The notes: generated from the sequence alone by a model not told the origin. A DNA stretch of 64,000 nt from Paraphysomonas bandaiensis (GCA_965644295.1 CBFFRP010000434.1:146634-210633); one strand, 5' to 3'; shown: positions 13,087-25,642, numbered from the stretch's first letter. Numbers and translations: made by a program.

Positions 13087-16000
13087 ATGTGGTGTAGCGA
13101 TATTCTGGACGCATATGCAGTGAATATATACGTAAGAGAGGTGGGCGCTCTGCGTCTAGTTATCGGGCTGCTGTATGTCGTCATGATGTTTGTTACGGCC
13201 TGCTGGATTCATAGACAAAAGAAAGCAGCAGAGCTTGGTGATAAAGTGGCCGTGAACTCTGTGATCTTCCCTCTGTTTCTTAATATCATGTGGTTCTTAG
13301 CATTGTCCGATCTGTTAGTGGGACTGCTCATCATATTGGTGCCAACAGAATACAGAGAGAATGCGTCCACTTTAGCGTTCTCACTCTATCCTATAGCTTA
13401 TGCTATTCAACATATGGTCCTTGAAGGTGTAGCGTTCTTGTTAATGCAGCATGGCTGTGGATCACATGCAGCTTTTGTCTCCATTCGATACACACTCGTC
13501 TGGTGTGCTGTGACTCTCATGTGTATGTATATCTACTATGCAAGCATTCCCACATTATCACCGGTAGTGTATTGTCTGTGGTCGCTAACGCTGATAGGAT
13601 TCTACTTTCTACTGTGGGTACTTCCGGTACGCATTCTATACAGACGGGCCGCCTGTGTACAATATGCGAAGTTCTGGTGTGTGTACAGATCACTGGTACT
13701 CGTATTTACCGGCATGATACTGCTCCCGGAGTCTGCTATAAGCGAAGCGGGAAGTTGTGGGTATACAGTTATTGGCCTGATATTTTATGCTGTATGTCAC
13801 CCCATGATCCTGTACTCATCGCTCCTTGCAGACAGCAGGTGTGTAATATGCATATTCGCTGACAATGTGCATTAGAGTGATAATTTCATGAATTAATGGC
13901 ACATCTATCCCGATTCAATATGTAGGTGGTGGCAGGGTATTGTTGGAGAAGATAAGTCCGAAGGAACAATGAGGGCTCCGCTGTTAGGGGTAGACCTTTC
14001 CTTGCATTCAGCTCAGGTCCATATATACGTAACTCTCACTACATGAATAGTGGGATTAGATTTAGGCATATGTCGAGCATCATGCTCTTAATACACTAAA
14101 GTATGAGGCATTTGACACGCCACATAATTGTATTAGTTTACGAGGCACTATGTGTTATGTGTATATATTTTATTTCTGACAATTTATACTGCATGCTTTT
14201 AGGTGTTGGCTGGGGTTATGGACAAAATGAAGGGCAATCACACCACCAGACTGTTGAACTTTGCCCACATTCACCTCGACAAAAGCAGGCTTCTCGGGCA
14301 GGGCTCATTCAGCAAAGTATACAGGTAAATAACATAGTTACTCACCAGTCAATGTGTCGTTTATTCCGTTAGCACTCCACAGTGTATGTTCCTGCACTGT
14401 AAATATAGACATAGTATGCAGTATATAGTACCTTACAATATGTTATAAGACGATTATGTGGCTAAGATTGATGTTTTAAGGGGTTCATACAAGGGAGAGA
14501 TATGCGCCATCAAACTTATTTTTACAATGGATGTAACTGAGGCAGTAATCAAACGAGCCGCCGCTGAAGCGACTATTCTTTCTTCCATCCAGGTCCTCAT
14601 CATGTATGAATATCTGTGATATTTAAATGTCTTATCCCATTTCGTCTAGATGTAACTGACATCCCAGTCTAATTGTTTTGTATTTGTCAGAGCGATAACA
14701 TTGTGAAAATATTCGGCGTATCAGTTTTGCCCCCGAGGTGTGTATGTTTTAAACATGTTGAGCAGTGATGGACGAGGGTCTTTCAAATGCTAGTATTTGT
14801 AGCAGTTGTACATGTTGAAAGTATTTTGCCCTTATACACCGTTAATGTATATTGTGTTAACAGCGTGTGCATGGTTCTGGAGCTGTGCGCGTTTGGTTCT
14901 CTTTCTGAGGTGCTCAGAGGCGGTGAAGGCAAGGTGCCGCTTCTTTTGTCACTTCCAGACAGACTGTTCCTGGCCTTGGGTTGTACCAGGTAGTCCAACC
15001 CAAATTGATCGTGATATGTATGTGGAGAAGTATATTTACTTATATTTGTTTTTCCGCCATTCCATGTGCTGTATGTATTTTCGTATTAGTGATAAGTGTT
15101 AACAGGGGCGTGGCAGCTTTGCACAGGCTGGGACCACACGCTATGCACAGAGACATTAAGTCTTTTAACTTTTTAGGTAGGATTCCACGATTTCTGTGTT
15201 TTTCTGTCGGTACCGCACTTGTTGGCAAACACCGTGAGGTCTTATGTGCGATGCAGTGGATGAGCATATGAACGCCAAGCTCGCAGATTTGGAGCTGGGT
15301 CTCTGTAGTACTATTGGAGGAAGTGAGAACAATGCGGATGAATATGTTTTTGGGGATGATTTCCTCGTCAATTGGGCACCTCCAGAGGTAAAACTAATTT
15401 TGAAATTCCTCGTGTCACGCTTTTCAGGTGCTTCGAGGAGAGCCGTACAGTCAATCATCCGATATATACTCACTTTCATTGGTTCTCTGGGAGATTATGA
15501 CTGGTCTAATACCTTACAATGATATCACTGGTGGAAGAAAATCAAATAGAGTAGCTGCGGTCAACGCTGTAAGTGCTATGTACATTCATACTGGATATTG
15601 TGGGCGTACTGCACAACAAGGCATTATTGTGCCGGTGGTAATATTCGTGTGGATATTGTACAGATTATTGAAGGAGCACGACCAGACGCTTCTGGAATTA
15701 GTGATGTTGCTGAGGGATACGCTGATGCTATGTATCGGGGCTGGGCAGACAATCAGTCGGACAGACCAACTGCAGGAGGTATGGGAATAGAGCTTGCCCA
15801 GAGTATTAGTGTAACGAATATATATCCTATGCCACTGTAAAACAGATTTATCAGAGGCAATACTTGTAGCCTACGAGAGTTGTTGTCCTTCCATAATGAC
15901 AAGTATAGAGGTGATGCTCTGTGCCTACGATGTATTTTCCGTTGCATTTATGATATTGCAGTTAGACAATAATGAGTGTATGTACTTACGCAGGAACTAT

Positions 16001-16974
16001 CTGATGTCAGCATCATGATGAGAGACTTCATATCTTCGCAAGAAGGCGCTGATTATTTATCTTCGGTTCTTACTGCTACTCCAGTTAGCAACACTGATGT
16101 CCATCCGCCTCATAGCATCCTCATACGCGAGCATGCCCGTAACGAACGTACATCCTCGACAGGGCTTAGTGCAGAGAGAGAATCTTGGACGAAGATGAGC
16201 GCTGCCTCAGAAATCAGTGTCGACATACCCGCACAGCTGCCTTGTGCCCCAGCTTCTCTGCAGTGTATATACCATTCCGTGTACAAAAGCCATCTATGGT
16301 CTATTGTGGATAGTCTACAATCCCCGGTTGTAGTTGTAACTGGACAGCCTCCCCATTTATTGTTGAGGGCCTCTCGTGAGTGGTACGATACTATGCAGAT
16401 CATCCCTATCCCTGGACATTATTTTGGACGACCAATTGCCCCTGTACTCTCCCACTACTTCCCGGGTGTTGATTGCGAAGGCGGTCAATGCAGAGAGAAC
16501 TCCTTTATGAAATTTTTGGCAGAGTTAAGGGCTTGGCCAAAGTATGGACATTGCGTCCTTGCAGCAGCGCCTGTGCTATCACAACCATCCTCGAGGCACA
16601 TTTCACACCTGTCAGTGCACGGTTTTGGAGTGAAGTACAGATCCCTTCCCGACGAGTCACATCACTATGACAATGAGGGGAAGGCAATGGAAGGTACAGC
16701 CTCTACAGGGAGCACGATGGAGATTGGGGGGACTGCGTATTTTGTATTGCACATGAGTCATCTTTTTCCTGTGGATAAAACCTCTAGGATGATGCGAAGG
16801 TCATGGTGGCCAAAGAGGGATCGACAGCGCCGAACAAATAGCACAAACAGTAACAGCACTATTATAGGTAGTGGTAGGACTTGCGCGCATACTGCCAGAA
16901 GCAGCAGCATTCTGAGTAGAGGGAGCTTGAGCAGTAGTGTGTTCGCTCTTGCTAGTGGACCTGAGGATGTTTAA
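13087..16974 (+). CDS. 7TM domain fused to a tyrosine-kinase-like kinase with a PAS-like C-terminal region (multi-exon)
   Basis: Seven hydrophobic segments in exon 1. Later exons give LGQGSFSKVY, ICAIK, MVLELCAFGSL, HRDIKSFNFL, KLADLELG, NWAPPE and SDIYSLSLVLWEI. The last exon has PVVVVTGQPPHLLLRASREWY. Confidence 0.85.
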
Positions 16975-17698
16975 CACTGCGTTATCCGTTTTAAAATTGT
17001 TGTAGCGTACTGTAGAATTAATTCGTAAACATTTTCACATGATGTATAAATACTGCTAAATATATTCCTTGTGCTAGAATCACGAGTAGGGTGAGTTGGT
17101 ACTACCATTGTGTGTATTAAGTTTGAATGCGTACCGATTAGGTTTATCTGGAAAGCTTGTCGTAGCATATATTATACATATATGGTAGTTTGGGACAAGT
17201 TCAATTGTGTTAATCGAATAGACTAAAGTGAAGTACTATTTAAAATATTGCGCTATTTTTATTGACTTACACCACACAGAATAGCTTAGTTTCCTAAGTG
17301 TATACCTGATGACGCTCCCTGCTAAGTAGCGCCAGAGCCCCTTTGAATCCTCACTGACTTAACAAAGAAAAACCAAGATTTGGAGATCTCTTTTCTGTAA
17401 TTTTATCATCAATAAATTTTCTACCGTTAAAGTCCAGATAAGTTCCATTAAGTTAAACCCGTGAAACAGCCACCTCACTGAAACCAACATGATCGTTAGA
17501 AATTTCTAACATTCACGCTGGATGACTTGATATATATAAACTTACATTTTAACTAATTAAAAAGCGGAGAAGATCTTATTAGATGCGTAGAATGATTACA
17601 TATGTAAACTATTTCATTACAGAGAAATGTTAAGATCAGGCTTAATGTACTATTATTACCAAAATACAATGAAGTACTACGGGTAAGCAATACCCCCT

Positions 17699-18080
17699 CA
17701 ACAAAGTCGGCTGGTGTTCTGAGGGATAAGAACCGGAGAGAATCTCTCCGGGAAACTAACGTGAACTGCATATATAGTCAGCAGATATTGTTCTACCCAC
17801 TCATGGCCAAATGCTTGTGTGGTACAAGGGATACTAATTACTATTAACTGTGACTTATGTAGACGTCTTTGGGCCTTGACGACACACACATAATAAACAG
17901 GCACCCACCTCAAGGGAATTCGGACCGTTCACCTTAAGAACAGAGAGCGAAATTGGCTGCACCTTGGTGCTTGCGGTGACGCACAAGCAGATTTCGTAGC
18001 GCCTAATAGAGTAGTTAAGCACTTGTTAGTTAAGTGGTTCTGACTCTTAGACGCCTATTGCTAATAACCAGACATTCACT
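17699..18080 (+). mobile_element. Ribozyme-headed SINE-like element, copy with a deletion in the ribozyme core
   Basis: Same start (ACAAAGTCGG), body and LINE-type tail as 18684-19137. Confidence 0.8.
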
Positions 18081-18682
18081 AGAATGGAAAATACAGCTTG
18101 TGGAGTGTTTGGTGATCTGATTTTGAAATTTGAGTCATATGTTTGTTTTAACTCGTGTATTATATTGAAGTCCCTTTCAAATGACTGTCAACATCATCAT
18201 GGCTAAGATTGAAGGTAGTTTCTGTTGAAACCGACTACTGAAGTTGAATACCCTTGTTTTCTCAGTGCTAATACCCATTTCGACATGAACATATCACCGT
18301 CCCTCAAGAAACCCTCAGGACCTCGATAACAACGCCGTCTCCGGCAACTTTACCTGTGCCGGAGGCCCAAACGGTGCACTGAGACAGAGCCATATTCCAA
18401 ATCTCAATCCACCTCTCTCAGCCTACACATCTAGCACTCGGTAAACTCAGGGCCTTAATACAGAACCCTGTACCTCCACAAAGCCCAATGGAGTCTCATC
18501 TCAAGGGGAGACCCCCTGATCGCACGCGCCAGTGAGTCCTTGGACACACGATCAAGGCGAACCTCACAATCGACATTAAGAACGGAAGTGGTCGCACCTT
18601 GGTGCTTGCGGCGACGCACAAGCAGCTTCTGTAGCGCTAAATAGTAGGATAATAGAGTGTGTACTGATTAGTTATGGGTTGT

Positions 18683-18766
18683 TGGACAAAGTCGGACTCG
18701 CACCTTTTCGTGGTGTTCTGGGGGATAAGTACCGGACAGATTTCTCTGGGAAACTAACGTGAGCCG
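18683..18766 (+). ncRNA. HDV-like self-cleaving ribozyme (predicted)
   Basis: P1 (T)GGAC/GTTCT; P2 CGG(A)CTCGC/GTGAGCCG; P3 ACC/GGT; L3 TTTTCGT; GG after P1; P4 hairpin bracketed by AGTA..GAA; J4/2 CTAA with putative catalytic C at 18754. Confidence 0.65.
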
Positions 18767-19137
18767 CAAACATAGTCAGCAGATATATTGTTCTGCCCAC
18801 TCATAGCCCACCAATAAGTGTCACTTGTATAGACGTCTTTGGGACCTGACGAATAAACAGGCATCCGGGAATGGGCCCACCTGAAGGGTAACCGGGGTAT
18901 TGGGCTGCATGCTGAAGTCAAGCATCCGGGATGTTCGCCTTAAGAACTCAGAGCGGAAGTGGTCGCACCTTGGTGCTTGCGGCGACGCACAAGCAGCTTC
19001 CGTAATGTTAAATAGTAGAATGAAAAAGTGTGTAGTGATTAGCTACAGGTAGAGGTCTAACTAGTTTGTCTAGCATTCATCTAGCTACTAAGCTGGTGCA
19101 AGTTTTTAACACCTACTGCTAATAATAAGACTTTCAA
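18684..19137 (+). mobile_element. Full-length non-autonomous SINE-like retroelement (ribozyme head, unique body, LINE 3' tail)
   Basis: TSD TATGGGTTGTTGGA at 18673-18686 and 19138-19151 (last 3 nt may belong to the element). The tail is shared with LINE family B. Confidence 0.85.
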
Positions 19138-19954
19138 TATGGGTTGTTGGAAATTGCTCATTCTTAACTAGATCTCAGAGAGAATTAGTCGTTAGACTAG
19201 ATAGATTTATTAATATTGTTTACACGAAGTTGTGATTAACAACATACACTCAATTTGTTTCACGCATAATCTCCTACATATGCGAACCTCTTGTTACTAA
19301 ACATATCTTGAAAGATCAAACTATTTCAGTTTCTCAATATCATCACAGCATTTGTACATCACTATATTTCACTGTATTCTCGTACATTGTCTTCAAGTGA
19401 CATACTGAATATACTAGAATAAGATCCATATTCTAATATGGGTAGAGGTCTAAATAGTCTGTCTAGCATTCAACTAGCAACTAGCCACTACATTGGTGCA
19501 GATTTTTAACGCCTTTTGCTAAGTAACAAAACTTTCAATATATACCCATTTCAAGTAAAAACACTTTCTTGAGGAAAAATGGGGATAATACACTATGTGT
19601 GTTACTCAAATATTTACTGCACAACGTAGAATGAAAATAATGAAAGTCGTTATACTTTAGATAGTATTTTTGATCGACTGTAATCCTTGACAACTGCCGA
19701 ATGTTACAATATAATGGCCTCCTTGTTGCTGAAATTATTTTTTGGAAGTTAAAGACTCTAACTGCACTATTATTACTGTTTTGGTGTCGATATGTGATTA
19801 AGTTTTGTCGCATACAACAACTGTCCTTTTTCACATTGTCAAAACTCATCTTATACTCTGATTAGCAACAACCAATTGCTGTTATAATATATTACATATA
19901 ACAGTCAAGCAGTACAGTGCCTCCACAATCAAGTATTGTAGCAAACTGGTGGTT

Positions 19955-22305
19955 TTAATGTGCTCCTATCTCTCTGTCCTCATACTGTAGAAGCGGGCGT
20001 GTAACATCTGATGCTCGCGATGTCGATATATTTCTCATGGCTGGGTTAACACGACTACCCAACAGTATTTCGATGTCCTCCAAGGACAGACCTTTCGTCT
20101 CCGGAACGAACTTGAACACAAAATATAACGCAGCGGCATCTATCACAGCAAATATACCAAACGTATTGGCCGCTCCTGCAAACAGAAAGATATCACTACC
20201 GCCACAACATGTCGCTACGTCTGCCTTTTAGAAAACGCCAACAATATATACGAAAGCTCGAATACATACGTACAAAGCAGGATATAATTCTCACCTATAC
20301 TTTCAGTGGCAAGAGGAAATAGATAGGAGGTGACCACATTCCAAAAGAAGTTCATTTGCACAGCAACAGCTACGGCCTGTCCCCTTACCTCGAGCGGGAA
20401 AACTTCCGAGATAAGTAGCCAGGAAATGGGACCAAACCCAATCTGGTACCCGCCGATATAGATAAACATTGCGGTCAAGATAACTATCTGGGAGAAAATA
20501 TGAGCGAATCATATAACTTGTTGCCTAGATGATTACAGTCTAACTCCATGTTGTATGTTGGCATGATATAATGTCCACATTATAACATCCTCATATGTGA
20601 GTCAAGAACAAAAGTTCGATACCTGTGTACCGCTGATAGACTTATCATCGTTGTCATCGTCGTCACTGGTTTTCGTGAAGCTGAAGGCTATAGCCAGTGC
20701 AACCAGAGCCACCAACATCACAGCGATCCCCACATACAGCAGAAGTTTCCTTCCGAATTTGTCCACAGTGAATACCGCCAACATGGTCATGACTAACTTG
20801 AATGCAGCTACTCCAACTGTTGCCACAGCAGCGAGCCCTGCATCATTGAATATGCTAGCTGCATAATAAAGAACCGACGGCTGGCCGGTGACCTGCGACA
20901 AAGGACATAACATTCATATTATATACCGCGCGACACTTATTACACTCATATCGTACGGCACAAACATACAACAACAGTGCTTAGCTAAATTAGACTGTGC
21001 CACAATCATCGTGTTCTGAATCTGCATGTACACGCTTGTAGATTGTAAACGGTACCTGCTGTAGAAACACCAACCCCACGCCAGCAATAAGAGCAGGCCT
21101 GAATCTGGCTGCCCACAAGCTCTTATCGAGGGGTTTAATGTGGCTGAGAGGTTCAGTTGATAAAACACCAGATGCTTGGCGGACATGGTCTCCAGCATCG
21201 ATGTCAATGCTGTGGGCATTAGACACCTTCCTGATGGCAGATGTCTGTTCCGCTACATATCCACATGAGAGCAACATATACACACATGCATCACTAACTA
21301 TATAAATTAACATGGGAAAACACAGATATTGATATGTATTGCGTTTCGGTACCCATGTCATTGAAAGCAATATCTGAAGCATGAGGTCTGAGCACCCAAT
21401 CCATTGCAGCCCTGCTTTCATCCATTCTACCCTTCATGTAAAGAAACCTCGTACTCTCTCGTAATATAGAGTACGCTCCGATTCCCATCACAGCAGCGGG
21501 TGCCATTGCAATTCCATAAGTGTAAGCCCACCCGCCGTTAGTGGAGGAGAAAAGGAACCCTATGAGATAGCCCAGTAGGATACCCAGCACTATGAAGGCT
21601 TCCTTAAGAGATACAAGGAGACCTCTTACTGACGGTGGACTCATTTCCCCAATATAAGCCGGCGCACCTAGCAAATTACATGAGCCGAGAGTGTGGGTGG
21701 AGTGCACAATTAGAAGGGAGGTGGAACACATGACGTACATATATCTACCCAATATTATCCTTTCGTCTGTTAGACGAATTGACAGGCATATAAAATTAGT
21801 CCACATACCGTGCATAGAAAATCCGATTCCACACCCATATATTACCCTCCCAAGGATCAGAACAGTCAAACCGGGCCCTGATCCCCACCCTGGCCTAGCA
21901 GCGAGGGCCTCAATAAAAGCACCAAAAAGGTACAAGCCAGCACCCACAACAAGTTCCATTCGCCTGCCCATGCTATCAGCAAGCTTGAACACTGCCATTG
22001 AGGACAGCAGAGCGCCAAGAACGGAAGCGGAAGTAACGGCTCCCTGCAGAGACGTGTTGTTGTCGAGGATCCCATCCCACTGCACGCCTGCGTGATCTCC
22101 TTTAATGATCTGCTCTACCACAAAACTAGTGGACCCCTATGAGCAAACTATCACAGTTATCTATAGGAAGAGAGGCGTTACTTACGATGTCATAGCCGAA
22201 GAGCAGCCCCCCGAGAGCAGGAAACAGAAACACAGACAGTAATGCCGGAACATAAAAATCAGGCTCAGGATTATACCCTCCACTCTTACACCGTGACTGC
22301 GTCAT
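19955..22305 (-). CDS. MFS sugar porter (VGT / xylose-proton symporter-like), multi-exon
   Basis: FPALGGLLFGYDI, ADSMGRR, YIGEMSPPSVRGLLVSLKE, QQVTGQPSVLYYA, VDKFGRK, GFGPISWLLISEVFPLEVRG, VPETKGLSLEDIE. The start codon is tentative. Confidence 0.92.
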
Positions 22306-22348
22306 TTCAACTGCACTATACGAGGAAACAATAATCCAACAGCACTCA

Positions 22349-23093
22349 ATGTATGTATGTATGTATGTATGTATGTATGTATGTATGTATGTATGTATGT
22401 ATGTATGTATGTATGTATGTATGTATGTATGTATGTATGTATGTATGTATGTATGTATGTATGTATGTATGTATGTATGTATGTATGTATGTATGTATGT
22501 ATGTATGTATGTATGTATGTATGTATGTATGTATGTATGTATGTATGTACGTATGTATGTATGTATGTATGTATGTATGTATGTATGTATGTATGTATGT
22601 ATGTATGTATGTATGTATGTATGTATGTATGTATGTATGTATGTATGTATGTATGTATGTATGTATGTATGTATGTATGTATGTATGTATGTATGTATGT
22701 ATGTATGTATGTATGTATGTATGTATGTATGTATGTATGTGTATGTATGTATGTATGTATGTATGTATGTATGTATGTATGTATGTATGTATGTATGTAT
22801 GTATGTATGTATGTATGTATGTATGTATGTATGTATGTATGTATGTATGTATGTATGTATGTATGTATGTATGTATGTATGTATGTATGTATGTATGTAT
22901 GTATGTATGTATGTATGTATGTATGTATGTATGTATGTATGTATGTATGTATGTATGTATGTATGTATGTATGTATGTATGTATGTATGTATGTATGTAT
23001 GTATGTATGTATGTATGTATGTATGTATGTATGTATGTATGTATGTATGTATGTATGTATGTATGTATGTATGTATGTATGTATGTATGTATG
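22349..23093. repeat. (TATG)n microsatellite, 745 bp, between divergent transporter and repeat-protein genes
   Basis: Near-pure array; same motif as (TACA)n on the opposite strand. Confidence 0.99.
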
Positions 23094-23178
23094 AGAGTGT
23101 GAGGTAAGGTGTTTGTGGTATTCTATATATGAGGAATGAGGGTGCTCTGAAGTCTCTGCTTGTGGTCAGATTTGTTCA

Positions 23179-25605
23179 ATGCACGCTCGTGCTTTTAGTC
23201 GGCTTCGACTATTTGTGAGGCGATATGGCGTAGTGAGTTGTAGAGGTGTGTGTATGTCAGTGTCAGGGCTCAAGAACAACCACCGCATCATATCTCTCTT
23301 ACACGGGTATGGGAAAAGGAGCTTCGACATCAGTTCGTCGAAGTTAAACAGTGCAGTGGATGCAGTTGCTGCCACCGATAGCATTAGCGAGTTTGACATA
23401 GGGAAGTTGTTCGTGGCTTTGGATCGTATGTGTGCAGAAAATGTCAAATGCGACAAGTACATATCCGCACTCTCACGGCTGCTGTCTAATTACAATGGAG
23501 AGTTGTCTGCTCGCACGGCATCTACTATGCTGTATAATATCAGGCACTTGACCTCCTACAATCCTCAAAGTAGGGCTATGTTAGCTTCTATCGTGAATGT
23601 TTTACAGAGACAAGACAATTTAGTTTTGGATGGAAGACGCTTCTCCAGTGCATTATTTGGATGTCAGCTCCTATCAGCCAAACACAGTGAAGTACGTCAA
23701 CTTCTCAAATGTTTGGCTGACATTTCCATGGGGTGCGTGTTAGACTACAGGGGAGTGGCAATGTCACTCTATGGTATACGTGATATGAGTAGCGACTACG
23801 CAGAAGTAAGGCGGATTCTACGCATATTATCCCAAGCTATCCCTTCATCATCAGATCCCACCCTGCCTCCTCAAGTTGTTGCTAGCGCGCTTTATGGTCT
23901 CCAGAGTCTATCTTGTCGCCACAAAGAGGTTCGGACACTGTTGCGGAGATTGGGCCTCATGGTTACCACATGCACGGGGCCTTACACTGTTCATGAAATA
24001 ACACAAAGTCTCTACGGTTTACACCGGATGAGACACCCAGCTGCCCTATTGGTGGTTTCTCACCTGACTGCCCAAATTCCACATTTTGTTGGTTCGTTGA
24101 CGTCGTCAGGAATGGCGATAGGAATGTATGGTCTCCGGTCTTTGGAAAGCAAACATGCAGAGGTAAGATCCCTGATGAAAGCTTTGTCACAGCGTCTTCG
24201 TGGACAATTTGAAGTTCTCGGTGAAAATATGACATTTAAGGAGGTCAGCATGGCTATGTGCGCACTCACGAATAAAGATAGTAGATTTCCAGAGGTTAGA
24301 GCCATGGTGCACGATATGGCGAATCTGTTGGATACATATATGAATACCAAAGATTCCAGAGGCGAAGAGGTAGATCTACGGGGATTAAGCATGATATGTC
24401 GAAGTCTCTCCTACTTGCGACCTAATGATGATGGTGTGCACGCAATTTTGCAAAGCGTGTGTCGTATGGTTGATGATGCTGCCAGAAGAGGCTTGCGGTT
24501 AGACCGGGAGGGGCTTGAATGTGTTTGTGAATCTCTGCGGCGCATGCATTCTCATCACAGCACAGTTCGGAAGCTGCTACTAACATACACACCACTAGTA
24601 GCACGACAACAGGGCATTTTGGATGGCCAATGTGTGGCAGTTTGTCTTCGTAGCATGTGCGGGTTATCGAGCGATCACGATGAGGTACGGGTGTTTGTTT
24701 CTCATCTGGCGGAAATGCTTTCGGCTGCCATGTCTTCGCGTTGTACACTTGACCCAATACAGTTAAGCGAAGCTCTTTATGGTATGCAAGGCTTGTCTAC
24801 CTCACATGCAGAAGTGAGGTCACTGCTAGAATGTATTTCTGTTGCTGTGACTAGGTCTGAAGGAAAAATAGGCGGAATGAGTGCTTCTGAAGTTTCTCGA
24901 TCCCTCTATGGTATGCACAACATGTGTGCGTCCCATTGGACCGCCACACCACTTAGTAGTTGTGATGATTCTGGTGCTGAAAATAGTATTGATCAAGGAA
25001 TTGATTTCAACCCAGTTGGTACTATTGTGACCCATCTGGCCCAAGAGCTCTCGGTTTGTTCCACACCATTATCTGCCCACCAGTTGGCCATGTGCGTATA
25101 TGGTCTGCGGTCCACCACCTGCCAACATCCCCACTCACGCCAGCTTCTGAATATTGTTGCAGCACATGCTTCACGGTGTTCTACTTCTTCCTTTTCATCC
25201 GCGGATGTGGCGAACGCTCTGTATGGACTACAGGGTGTCTCATCCGATGTCCCCGCCAGTGTGACATTGCTACGTGTTTTGCGAAGAGCATTGCATAAAT
25301 CCAGAGACTCACTCCAACGCGAAGAAATAGTCCGCTGCGTGCGTGGTTTAGCTACTATGAAAACTGACAACACCGAAGTTATTGCAGTACTGGATATTCT
25401 GACCACCCGCGTGAACGAAATGACCGAAGCGTTCTCATTCGAGCAACTTGAAGTGATGTTCTTGGGTTTAAAGGATCACGACTGCAGTGCTCCTGGCGTT
25501 GTTAGATTTTTAAATAGTTTACAGAAGAATGTGAATACATCTGAGCATCAGTTTCGTAGTAGTAAGAATTCTAGTGATTCTATAAAGTCGGAAGATGTAA
25601 CTTAG
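23179..25605 (+). CDS. Helical-repeat protein (~40-aa LYGL..EVR.LL repeats), probably organelle-targeted RNA-binding
   Basis: 808-aa ORF with more than 10 repeats like SALYGLQSLSCRHKEVRTLL; Arg-rich, acid-free N-terminus. Confidence 0.75.
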   Translation: MHARAFSRLRLFVRRYGVVSCRGVCMSVSGLKNNHRIISLLHGYGKRSFDISSSKLNSAVDAVAATDSISEFDIGKLFVALDRMCAENVKCDKYISALSRLLSNYNGELSARTASTMLYNIRHLTSYNPQSRAMLASIVNVLQRQDNLVLDGRRFSSALFGCQLLSAKHSEVRQLLKCLADISMGCVLDYRGVAMSLYGIRDMSSDYAEVRRILRILSQAIPSSSDPTLPPQVVASALYGLQSLSCRHKEVRTLLRRLGLMVTTCTGPYTVHEITQSLYGLHRMRHPAALLVVSHLTAQIPHFVGSLTSSGMAIGMYGLRSLESKHAEVRSLMKALSQRLRGQFEVLGENMTFKEVSMAMCALTNKDSRFPEVRAMVHDMANLLDTYMNTKDSRGEEVDLRGLSMICRSLSYLRPNDDGVHAILQSVCRMVDDAARRGLRLDREGLECVCESLRRMHSHHSTVRKLLLTYTPLVARQQGILDGQCVAVCLRSMCGLSSDHDEVRVFVSHLAEMLSAAMSSRCTLDPIQLSEALYGMQGLSTSHAEVRSLLECISVAVTRSEGKIGGMSASEVSRSLYGMHNMCASHWTATPLSSCDDSGAENSIDQGIDFNPVGTIVTHLAQELSVCSTPLSAHQLAMCVYGLRSTTCQHPHSRQLLNIVAAHASRCSTSSFSSADVANALYGLQGVSSDVPASVTLLRVLRRALHKSRDSLQREEIVRCVRGLATMKTDNTEVIAVLDILTTRVNEMTEAFSFEQLEVMFLGLKDHDCSAPGVVRFLNSLQKNVNTSEHQFRSSKNSSDSIKSEDVT

Positions 25606-25642
25606 TAACCATCCCTGTTGTATATATTGTGATAATGGTTTT

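Larger units (their letters stand above)
18680..19438. mobile_element. Probable solo LTR (~294 bp net) with 5-bp TSD TGGGT
   Basis: TGGGT at 18675-18679 and 19439-19443. Termini TGTTGGAAAT...ATTCTAATA once the nested SINE is removed. Confidence 0.65.
18282..19541 (+). mobile_element. 5'-truncated LINE family B end (KGRPPDRTRQ*), interrupted by a solo LTR and a SINE; 11-bp TSD
   Basis: TSD ATACCCATTTC at 18271-18281 and 19542-19552. The 3' UTR breaks at TATGGGT (18679) and resumes at 19439. Confidence 0.85.

Noticed and set aside
778-23107. MYVC/TYIH repeat ORFs at 0.8-1.3, 8.7-9.4 and 22.3-23.1 kb
   Set aside because: These are translations of a stop-free tetranucleotide microsatellite, open in every frame.
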